64,000 nt of DNA from Phoronis australis (taxonomy: Eukaryota > Animalia > Phoronida): positions 654,703-718,702 of the forward strand of contig NMRA01000037.1 in assembly GCA_002633005.1 (NCBI GenBank), given 5' to 3'. The first letter of the stretch is position 1, and each line of letters starts with the position of its first letter. A program made the position numbers and the translations under genes. Shown piece after piece: positions 13,001 to 25,000 of this stretch. The notes under the pieces were generated by a model. That model did not search any database. It was given only the letters and a program-made list of their open reading frames with translations, and was not told where the DNA came from.

Positions 13001-16000
13001 GAACTGTTCAGTAAAAATTGAGCAAAATCAACACGATCGGTGAAATTCAACTCACCAATGATCAGGACAGGTGTCATTCTTTCATAATTTATCAATTGAC
13101 ACATTTTACATCAGGGTGCCTAGCAACAGATTAAAGTCAATAAGTGTAAACTTACAATTGACCAGTTTTTCTTCCCGTGGCATGTGAAACAACTTGTGAA
13201 AACGAACTGTCGCACCTTTGAAACTTGACGTGTCTTCCTCCCCTGTAGAAACAAGCCGAAACAAATCGATACAGGACCAATCCGACCCCAAAAATTCATT
13301 AACAAAAGACCACTAACCGTTATCAAATTGGTCTCAAATTGTGAGTTCTGGCTTTGGACAGTACTGACAGTTCGTTATTTCTTAAAATGAAATTCATGGA
13401 ATTTCAGGTTACAGCATGAACTAACGGACTGTCAGTTCTTCCAAATCACAGGGATCACTTCCAACTGGGTAAGCAGCATGAAGAGATTAAATTATGGTGA
13501 CCTAAATAAAGTGTTTTAGTAGATTTAAAAATCATTTACGGTGAATTGAAAATCATATTGGTATAACAAGTCGCGACACACTTTAACAGTAAAACATCAG
13601 AGTGGGCCAGTGTGATTCGAGTGATGACCATTGTAACAGGATGTTAAAAACATTCAACAGGACAGAGTATTAAAAGGAAATCTTGTAGGTCAACCACTCG
13701 AAAATAGAGAAACCAAGCACCCGAACAATGTGGCCAGTTATTCTCAGACTATTGACTGAACCTCAGGAACAACTTGCACAAGGGGCTAAAGTGTTTGTTA
13801 GACAAAACAAATGTTTGACCTAATTGTTCAGTGTGGCCTAAGTGTTTGTTAGACAAAACAAATGTTTGACCTAATTGTTCAGTGTGGCCTAAGTGTTTGT
13901 TAGACAAAACAAATGTTTGACCTAATTGTTCAGTGTGGCCTAAGGAATAAGTGTCCCCTTCCTATACTCAAGGTCATGAGTTCACTGAGGTACACTGCAA
14001 GACCTATGAGTAAGGTCTCTAAGTCATCAGCTTGGTTTTAACTAAATATTAATACTTATTGTTCTACTGACCACAAAAACCTTGGAATACAACAGATCAC
14101 AAAAATATGAAGTAGCTCACAAAAAAATATGAAGTAGCTCACATCCAATCATCACCCACCTTTTGCACCTTGGACGTCCTCACTGTGATGTGCAAGCAGA
14201 CTCTCGATCTTACATCTCACAAACTCAGTAGCCTCATCATCAGTTTCAAAGTTTTCTAAACATTAAACAAAAAGTCAATGGTAAATTTAAAACACTTTCC
14301 ATACTTTCTAATAACTTTACTCAGGCAGGAGATTCAATTTTCTATTCAAAATTGAATATCTTGCCCTCAGTTCATTATTATCTCAATAGAACATTTAGTG
14401 ACTATGTAATTTATGACCTCACCAAAAGCGGATGATAACTGCAACCTGAATATAAATCGTGAACTCAGACAGGAAAACTTTTACTCATTCTGTTACCTTG
14501 ACAAATTCCACAGCACCTCGACATGAATTACACTAAACAAAACCAGACAAAATAAATCAAACTACCATCAGTTTGTGAGAAACGATTATGATAGATTCAA
14601 ATTAACATATGGCCACTGGGTGCATCATACAGTACATAAAAAGTAATTGTTGAAATATCATGTTCCGATGTTAGCCAAGTCTGGCCATTTATGACAAAAA
14701 CCTTTTTGGTGGAGAAAGTGAGGTTAGAGCTGCAATGCAAGACTGATCTGTCTGACTTAGCCTCACCGTCAGTTAAAAAAATTTAGCCAGTCCTTTTGCC
14801 GAGGCAAACGCACAGTATCTGTCAAGTTGCAACAAACCTCTAACTAATTATTAGAGACCCCAAAACTCACCTAAAATCTCCATCATGTTTTGTTCCAACC
14901 ATACCCAATCCTTAAAGATCTCTTCCTTTTTGGAAGCATTCGCAACAGCTGAAAGGTTTAAAGTCATGAAACTGTTACATAAACAGGCAAAACCATATTT
15001 CCATATTCTCACATAACCTAGAACTACTTTAATGATTATCACTATAACAAAAATTTATTCCCGAAAAATTAAACCATCATCCACTTAAAGTGCTTTCACA
15101 CCGAACGTCAACACGTCGATATTTTGGGGAGTTGCAGTCGGCATGAACAGTTAAAGTCCTTGTTGCAAACTGCCCATGTGGTTCTAGTATCCGAAAATAC
15201 TTACTACATAAATTCTTATTTTCGACACCCTTTCTTTATATTCTTTTCGCCTTTCTTGCCAAAAGCGATTTTTTAACAGTATTTGACCCTTCTCTCTGAA
15301 CGTATGATTACCGGTTGTCATCGATTATTTCCGTACCCACATTTCCGGCTCATCAGTTCAGGAACTTGTCCTGAACGCCGCCATTTTTACCTTGTAACTG
15401 AATGTGCTACGGCTTGCTCGAAAAGTCTTCATTATTTTGTTTTATTAGTAATATATCGTGATTCGTTTGCATATGTAGTGTATTTATAGTTTGTAGTTAG
15501 TGGTCGTTGATTTTTTNNNNNNNNNNNNNNNNNNNNNNNNNNNNNNTCAATAAGTGTAAACTTACAATTGACCAGTTTTTCTTCCCGTGGCATGTGAAAC
15601 AACTTGTGAAAACGAACTGTCGCACCTTTGAAACTTGACGTGTCTTCCTCCCCTGTAGAAACAAGCCGAAACAAATCGATACAGGACCAATCCGACCCCA
15701 AAAATTCATTAATAAAAGACCACTAACTGTTATCAAATTGGTCTCAAATTGTGAGTTCTGGCTTTGGACAGTACTGACAGTTCGTTATCTCTTAAAATGA
15801 AGTTCATGGAATTTCAGATTACAGCATGAACTAATGGACTGTCAGTTCTTCCAAATCACAGGGATCACTTCCAAACTGGGTAAGAAGCATGAAAAGGTTA
15901 AATTGTGGTGACCTAAATATAGTGTTTTAGTAGAAGATTTAAAAATCATTTACGATGAATTGAAAATCATATTTGTATAACAAGTCGCAACACACTTTAA

Positions 16001-19000
16001 CAGTAAAACATCAGAGTGGGCCAGTGTGATTCGAGTGATGACCATTGTAACAGGATGTTAAAAAAATTTGACAGGACAGAGTATTAAAAGGAAATCTTGT
16101 AGGTCAACCACTCGAAAATAGAGAAACCAAGCACCCGAACAATGTGGCCAGTTGTTCTCAGACTACTGACTGAACCTCAGGAACAACTTGCACAAGGGGC
16201 TAAAGTGTTTGTTAGACAAAACAAACGTCTGACCTAATTGTTCAGTGTGGCCTAAGTGTTTGTTAGACAAAACAAATGTCTGACCTAATTGTTCAGTGTG
16301 GCCTAAGTGTTTGTTAGACAAAACAAATGTTTGACCTAATTGTTCAGCGTGGCCTAAGGAATAAGTGTCCCCTTCCTATACTCAAGGTCATGAGTTCACT
16401 GAGGTACACTGCAAGACCTATTAGTAAGGTCTCTAAGTCATCAGCTTGGTTTTAAATAAATATTAATATTTATTGTTCTACTGACCACAAAAGACCTTGG
16501 AATACAACATGTTACAAAAAAAAAATATGAAGTAGCTCACATCCAGTCATGACCCACCTTTTGCAGCTTGGACGTCCTCACTGTGATGTGCAAGCAGACT
16601 CTCTATCTTACATCTAACAAACTCTGTAGCCTCATCATCAGTTTCAAAGTTTTCTAAACATTAAACAACAAGTCAACGGTAAATTTAAAACACTTTCCAT
16701 ACTATCTAATAACTTTACTCAGGCAGGAGATCCAATTTTCTATTCAAAAATGAATATCTTTCCCTCAGTTCATGATTATCCCAATAGAACATTTAGTGAC
16801 TAATTTATGACCTCACCAAAAGCGGATGATAACCGCACCCTGAATATAAATCGTGAACTCAGACAGGAGAACTTTTACTCATTCTGTTACCTTGACAAAT
16901 TCCACAGCACCTCGACATGAATTACACTAAACAAAACCATACAAAATAAATCAAACTACCATCAGTTTGTGAGAAACGATTATGATAGATTCAAATTAAC
17001 ATATAGCCACTGGGTGCATCATACAGTACATAAAAAGTAATTGTTGAAATATCATGTTCCGATGTTAGCCAAGTCTGGACATTTATGACAAAAACCTTTT
17101 TGGTGGTGAAAGTGAGGTTAGAGCTGCAATGTAAGACTGATCTGTCTGACTTAGCCTCACTGTCAGGTAAAAAAATTTAGCCAGTCCTTTTGCCGAGGTA
17201 GACGCACAGTATCTGTCAAGTTGTGACAAACCTCTAGCTAATTATTAGAGACCCCAAAACTCACCTAAAATCTCCATCATGTTTTGTTCCAACCATACCC
17301 AATCCTTAAAGATCTCTTCCTTTTTGAAAGCATTCGCAACAGCTGAAAGGTTTAAAGTCATGAAACTGTTACATAAACAGGCAAAACCATATTTCCATAT
17401 TCTCACATAACCTAGAACTACTTTAATGATTATCACTATAACAAAAATTTATTCCTGAAAAATTAAACCATCATCCACTTAAAGTGCTTTCACACCGAAC
17501 GTCAACACGTCGATATTTTGGGGAGTTGCAGTCGGCATGAACAGTTAACTTCAGCTCTGGACCAAAGTTAACAGCACCAGTTAACTTTGCAGTAAACAGG
17601 TGGATTTAACAGATGAGTGCTGACACTGCGGTGCTGTACGAATGGTCAACTTTGGTCCCATCGAAGTTATCGCCAGGAGCCACTGCTATCGTCAACAATT
17701 AAAGGACAGTGTTGTCCCCAATAGTTGCTTATATTTTGCTCAAGTAATCACTAATTGAATTAGAAATAAATTTTAAGTCAATTAGCACATCTAAATGTGC
17801 CCAAATTGTCACATAAAAAAAATCTTAATGTGCACACAATGCATCAACGCTATCTTGCGATTACTTTGATGACAACAGCATCACAACATTTACTTTGATG
17901 TCTGTAAACTACTGAAGCCGGTATGAACGGTTCAGTTAACTTCGCAGTTTATGTCAACACTGTGCTCAGACTGTAGTTAAGTCAGTATGAAAGTGCCTTA
18001 AGAATGTGAATTGTGTTCAAAAGTTGATGTCTATGCTGTGGGGACTTTGTACGTTAAGCAGGGATATTCCTGACCAGGTTTGAGCCTGTGACCTTTGTGC
18101 CCAGCAGACTTAGTGTAATTAAAGTTGTGGTAACATATGAAACAGAAACCCAAAGGGCAATCGAACTAAGAGCAGCCGTGCTTTACCCGACTGGCTGTAA
18201 GTTGACTAGAATCTTGCATTTTTTCGAAGTAAGTGTTGCAATGTATTTACGCCTTTTTATTTTTTATGTGCTAATGGTGCAAAGGCACAGTCCTGGAATA
18301 TCCTTGGTTAAGTCTTGAGATAAATGCATTGAACCGGTACTAATTTGCTAAAGAAATGACTAATTTTCCAATACTTCAAGCTCGACGCAAGGAAGCTAAA
18401 CTCGTCTGGGCAAAATTCAAACTCGATGCAGTGCCTAGTCAAAAAGGTTGTGACAAACACTGATGGGCACTTCAAAAGTAAACGAGTATACCTTTAGGCT
18501 CGCTGCATGCTAAACAATGTGGTTCATTTCAACTGCTATGCACTGTGCAATGCGCAGAACAGGATTAGTAACACATGTTCAGTTATTTGTACAAATCTTC
18601 ACTCATGATAAAAGCCAGAAAAAAAGTCAGGCATATAATCTTGTTCATGACAAGGACAATACTATAGAAAAGTGTTGCTCGGTTTCAGAACAGTGTTTCA
18701 CATTAAGTACATGCGACTATAATTGAATACGTAGGGATAACTTCACATATAAGTGCACGGGCCTAACTACTAGCACGTGTACATACAGCATGAATTTCGC
18801 TCACTGGATTAGATGGCTATTGTTCTTTGTTGCATACCGTATACGGGATAATTGCTCCTGAAACAAAGATGTATAAGAAGTTACGGCCGGTGAAGGTGTG
18901 CTAGACTCGATGGTGATATTGAATAGTTTCAACTTACTGTAGCTGACTTCTGAAGATGGTGTCTGGTGTAGTATTCTGTAAGGCGGAGTCTACAAAACAG

Positions 19001-22000
19001 GGGGGATAACTATCGTAAGACTAACTTGAATAGCGGAAAAGTATGCAAATCAAACTGCAGAGAAATATTACGAAAGAACGTCTGCAATTGATACTTCAAC
19101 TGTAGAAAATTAAGAACACTGCCTGGCAGTGTCATAAATCCTCCAAAATGACTCCCATGCCAAAACAGAGGCTCTTTATGGTGTACAACTTGGGTCTCAA
19201 AGTTACCTCAGTGTCAATCAGAAAACCTATTACACAGAGCACTTTATCTTGATGCTTACTATAAACTGAATACCGTATTCGCCGTAATAACCGCCCATGC
19301 CCCTATAAGCGCCCCCCACGCGTTTTCAGACTTTGCTAAAATAAACGCCCAGTCCAGGAACGTGTAAGTGCGAACAATGCCTTACCTGCAGTTCTAAAAT
19401 TCTACAGTAACGTCTTCAATTTATCAATAATATCCGACAGTAATGAAAAAATCATTGTGCGCAGAATTTGTAGACCACGGGCCTCGCCACTATATCGGTA
19501 TTTAGCCGTGACTATACACTTCAAACTTCCGCCATGCCTCAAAACAAACACAAAGTTCTGCTGATATTGCGAGGACCAATGGTCTGGCATTTCAGAACAG
19601 AAGTAGTGTAGTTGTCTATGGGATTGCTTTGTAGATATTTCCCGCTTTCAACAGGAATCCAAATTGCTTTGTAGGCCTACATGTGAAAATCGCGAATCGA
19701 AGACTAATAAAAAGCTTGGCCAGTGTTAAAGGCACGTGGACAGGAAGCGCGCGCTACATACATGAACCTGTCATCAAAGACATTAGTCGGGAACTATCCA
19801 TTCATGAAATGGGTAGCATAGCATCAGCAAGAAATGAATATTGGCACTAATTTCCGACAGTTTCTAATACTATAAAAAATGTTTGCCTTATTTTTAAGAT
19901 GAATTGTTTGATTAACCATAATTGGTGTTTTTAAGCCAAATATCCGATAAAATGACCACTGACAGTGAATGCTTACACACCTTTACAATGAAAAATAACT
20001 GTCAGATAGTCACGTACGCCGCATCCAGCCACACGGCGACTAATATGGCCTTACCGAGACAAATGTCGAACGTTTTAGCGACATGAGACCGGCAAGTGCT
20101 GAATGAAACACGCTCTGGTTTATGCCTACTGCTTGTGCAAATTTCTTTAGATACAATGCACATCTAGCTCGTTAGATTGCGTGGCTCTGGCCAAAAGACG
20201 GTATCTGCTCTGGAAAATGAACTCTGGTGACACGCATGCACTCGCTTACACACAAACGCAGACAGCTTCAAAACAAACGTCACGTGACGTGTGTTCGTCC
20301 AGACATTTTTCTCATGTTGCCGATCATACATGTAGATGGCACGATGTACTAGCATAGATTTGTACTTAAACCTGCCGTGATCCCAACTCCACGGGAACTT
20401 AAAAATCTTAGGGACGCTACTTGGAAAACTTAAGGAGGATTTCAGGTAATTTGCTTGAGTGGAAACTGTATTTTTATTCAAGCATTCAAGTCGCCATATC
20501 GACGATTGCGAGAGAGGCAGTCGGCGAGTTTTCACCCTGGGATTTCAGCACAATTTTCTGTAAACTTATCGTCCCAAATTTAGCAGCAAAGTTTGATAGC
20601 AATGCACCACGGTTTTGTAGAAAGTCTTTCATAGATTACAGATACGTCACAGAGCGTAAATATGATGAATCTTAGCTTCCGATTTCACCCGTTTCGGAGA
20701 CCGGGTTTCAACGGCCTTGGGTTATAATTAATAAGCGTCCCCCCTGAATCAAACTTTTCTAAGCGCCCTGGGCGGTTATTACGGCGAATACGGCATTTTT
20801 AACCCCAAGTATAAAATAATAAACAATCTCTCTCTCTCTCTATGTACAAAACATTCAAAACAAGTGTACAATGAGACTGTTGTAATTTTTTACTTAATTT
20901 GCACAAAAATAATTGTAAAAACAGTCATTTTCCAAAAAACGACTTCTTTGCTGTAAAATGTACACCTTACAAAGTGTTTGTTGCGTGACACCTCCAAACT
21001 TCATACCAACCTCTTTAGGGATCAAAATTTCTTAATCTTTATCATGTCCGCCATATTGTGCACGTGCTAAATAGCTGAATAATTACCATACTATAACAGA
21101 TAGTTTGCCTTTTACAACTCAAGACGATAAATAAACCGGTGCAATTTGGTGCACCACTGGTCGTCATGACAACAATCTATCTCCAGAAAGAGAAAAACAC
21201 TAAATACCACAAAACAAAGGAATATTTTCATGCCAGCCCAAGACAGTACTCATCTGATAGTCAACTCACTCTACTGTCCAATACTGCATCAATAGTGCCC
21301 ACCAAGAGACCAGTAAGTCCACTTCCTCCATGACCCTTCCTGCGCTGGAGTACAAAGAATGGGTTAGCACGCTCTGTTACCCTGGAAACGATAACACAAG
21401 GATTAACATTCTTCTGCGACAGTGATCCCTGGGTCGAGTTCAATAACAGTTTAGCAGCGAGAAATGTATAGCCAAAATCATGAGCTCCCATTGAAAATAA
21501 ATGGTGATATCTCGTAAGATCTCACAAGATCTTGCTTTTAAGACACTAGCGTAACTAAACTCTACTCCAGTAAGGCCAAAAAAAGCTTTCTGTAAAAACC
21601 AAAAGTAACCCTGATTCTCCAACATTAAAGATACTACAGTAATGAATTCCACTGAGGTTTAGCTTTCATTAATGGGAATTCTCAGTCATTTTGCCCGATT
21701 GCTCGTATATTGTATTTGGTTTGGCCTGCCCCACAACTCATTTTGAAACCTACGTTTCACTGCATAAAAAAGAGCCCGCCTGCATCATTTTAACAAAGTG
21801 CTCCTTTTTTGCACAGCCACACAAACACATCCATGCTAGTTTTAGTTTCAAGACAGAAATCATATTATAACCACTGCCACAAGTTAATCAGTGTCAGTCC
21901 CAACGCCTTATATCACCGGGATTTGTTTTTGAAAGATCTAAAAAACCACAAACTAACCACAATCAATAGTCAAAACAACCACAGACCAGAACTACTTCAC

Positions 22001-25000
22001 TGACCTGATAACTTTTAAAGCTCCCAAAACTGGCTTTGAATGAAAGTCCATTATATCTGATCCAGGGGTCAAATCTCCATAACACGAAACTTGATACGAA
22101 AAATTGACTAACAGCATATGACACTTGGCTTCAAGTAAACTCATCAATTTGAATGCAACATGACTGGTAAAGTTTCTAGTGTGAGTCCGAGTCGAAACCG
22201 CAGAAAAGATCTTGCCCCCCCCCCTTTAGAAATGATCACTGACCGTGGGTAAGGCATTAATTTTGTAAGACTCATTATTACTATTATTGCTTCTACTATC
22301 AAACGTGTCAAAATCATGCAGTAGCTGGTAAAGACAGTATATCACAAGCATGTTGTGAAGTAGTCACTTATTGTATTATAAACCATGTGTTAGTCCAGAG
22401 GCCTTTGCACTTGGTGCTAGGCTAGCAATTTATCTGATAACCAGATATTAGACTTTATCATTTTTGAAAACAATAGTCACACCAATAATTTAGAGTTAGC
22501 ATTAGACTTATAGATTACAGCTAGTGCTGCTGATATAGTCATTGGCATTTCTTGGTTGGTAAGGGTTTGTTAAACCGTTAAGTTAAAGCTTGACCAACAA
22601 TCAGATTGTTGTACACAAATAAGGGATGTGCCCTGCATCATTGGCGAAAACAAATTTTCAATGACAATCAACGATTGCTTAACTCGGGTCACCAGGTGCA
22701 TTAAAATTGCAATCATGCCTTATGGTGATTCCATGAAATAAATTAAATAAAATAATTTTCCTGATAGTCGAGAGAGGGGGAGGGGTGCCAAACAAACCAA
22801 AATGCATAGATGATGGTTGTACAAAATTATCTGAGTAACCAAGCATCGCCAACTGCTGCATGTGCCAATTTAATGAAATGCAGCCTATGATTGCCATGTC
22901 ATCCAATTAACACATAATTAGGCTACTTGATCCTGTTCTAATGTGAACTTACTCTATCCCATCTGTAGTAAAACACTCTTTTGACCATATGACTGTGTGA
23001 GTCACATCACAATTTTCACATAGTGTTTACAAAGTCAACATGAAACATCCCGATTGAAAGGATGAATTAAGTGGTTAAACAGGTGTGTATTACTAGGATT
23101 AATGTTAGGGCTCTTCGTATGGATGTTTTCCAAAGTGAAAAACTGAGGGTGCGCGAATTAGGGAAGGCAAGAAATTCCTAACAAGTGTTTAGCCTCGTGT
23201 AAAATAACGGAGCGACAGAATATTCTTTTTGCAAATAAATTTGGGTGTGGGAAATGAGACGAGCGAGCGAAGTAAGTAGAGTTAATTTGTCTCAATCATA
23301 TACTCACTCGCATTGCATTGCAGGATAGATTCAAGGTCAAAATTCATGTTAGAGACATACAAAAACAAGCCAGCGACATACGCCCCCAGCATGTAGTGAA
23401 AAAAACATTTAGGCCAATCAGTACTTGCGCAACAGCAGACAAAATCACACACATGAAAATAATGCCTCTCAAAAATCAGCAAAATATGCTGCTGTGACCC
23501 ATAGCTGCTCCAAACAGGCCTTGTACCGGTAGGTCAATTGAATCATACTCTAGTAGATATATGTTTTTCTAAAGTGATCCCTGAATATGCAGCATATAAT
23601 ACAAGCTACAATTCTGAAATGACCAGCATGTTTCAATCATTTCATCATTCAATGATAAAAATATTATGAAGTAAACCGACCATAAATCATTCATTTAGCC
23701 ACACATTGCAACCTGCTGCATAAAATATAAAGTTTAATCATGTAATTACAATTAACATAACAGCTAAGCCATTAAACAAAAGATCATGTGAAAGCTAGGC
23801 CGTGATATAAAGTGGGTTGGAAATCAACTGGATTTAAAGCATACATGGCAACCAAATGAGCGTTGAAATATATCAACAAATTTGTAGATAAAGTCAGTGA
23901 GTGAAGGTCACAACACAGCAACTAACCATAGCTTCAATAAGAGGGCACATACTGGCTCACTGCAGGCAGGTACTGGGAAGATCAAGTTTCAATTCAATAA
24001 GGGCTGTTCCAGTAAAAAACATATGGGTGGGGGGAAGACACTTTCATTTCTTACCAACTGCCCACATTTTTCTTTTATTTCTCCAGCCCACGACCCATAA
24101 TTTTTAATTAGGTTGAAATATAAAATACGCCTTTTGAGATAATCAACCTGTCTTGTCAAAAACTAAAATGGCCAAAGGTGGGTGATACAGTAGCCAAATC
24201 AGTCCAAAATCGACTGGTGTGGGCGCATACCAGCCATCTATCTCATGCCACCATGATCTGTTATTAATAAGTGGTTTCAAGGTAATCAACGCACAAACAA
24301 TGACTTGAGCAGGGGGTGCCACAGTAATTGAATCTGTCCAAAAATCGACTGGTGCCAGCACATTCTTGTCAGATATCTCTGCATCTCTGTATCGAATTTC
24401 ATCGTGATCTGTCAAGCAGTTTATGAAATAATCAACGCACAAGGAATACTAGTAGCTTGTCAAAAACTAAAATGGCCAACATGGGCACCACAGTAGCCCA
24501 ATCTGTCTGAAAATCGACCGGTGCTGGCGCGTCCCCGCCAAGTACCTCATACCAAATTTCATCAACATCTGCCAAGGGGTTCTTGAGATAACTGACAGAC
24601 AAGAAATGATAATGACAGACAGACAGATGAACGGACAGACAGGATGCCGATTATGTGTGACCACAAGGTTTTGTGGATGTAGAAAAATTCCATGTGAGAT
24701 CACAACTCATATCAGTTACCAGAAACTTGCTTTTCAAAGACATCTGTGAGCAATACTTTAGCACAGCCACCAGGTGTTCCGGTCCACCATGTGTCTGTAA
24801 TTTTCCATACAGACTTTGCAGGAACAGCCCCTAGATTATTAACTAAGAAACTTGGTAATTACCGTACAAAGTGGAGGGAAATTAATGATATTCTTCTGTG
24901 AGAAATCAAACTTTTGAATGACACACAATTGCTATTGATCCTAATAACTTCTGAAGAATGCCTACAGTCATACAGCACTTTGGTTTTGGAATTAAGTGAT

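Larger units (their letters stand above)
13137..17548. repeat. Near-identical blocks 13137-15154 and 15547-17548 (probable haplotypes)
   Basis: Separated by a 362-bp copy-specific insert and an N gap. Confidence 0.85.

Noticed and set aside
12840-13110. Possible LINE endonuclease remnant (VLIIGELNF)
   Set aside because: Only one weak motif; insufficient support.
18838-18857. Possible TBC1D9 microexon (cag|20 nt|gtatgc)
   Set aside because: Not frame-preserving; exon 3 already joins exon 4 in phase and matches the homolog.
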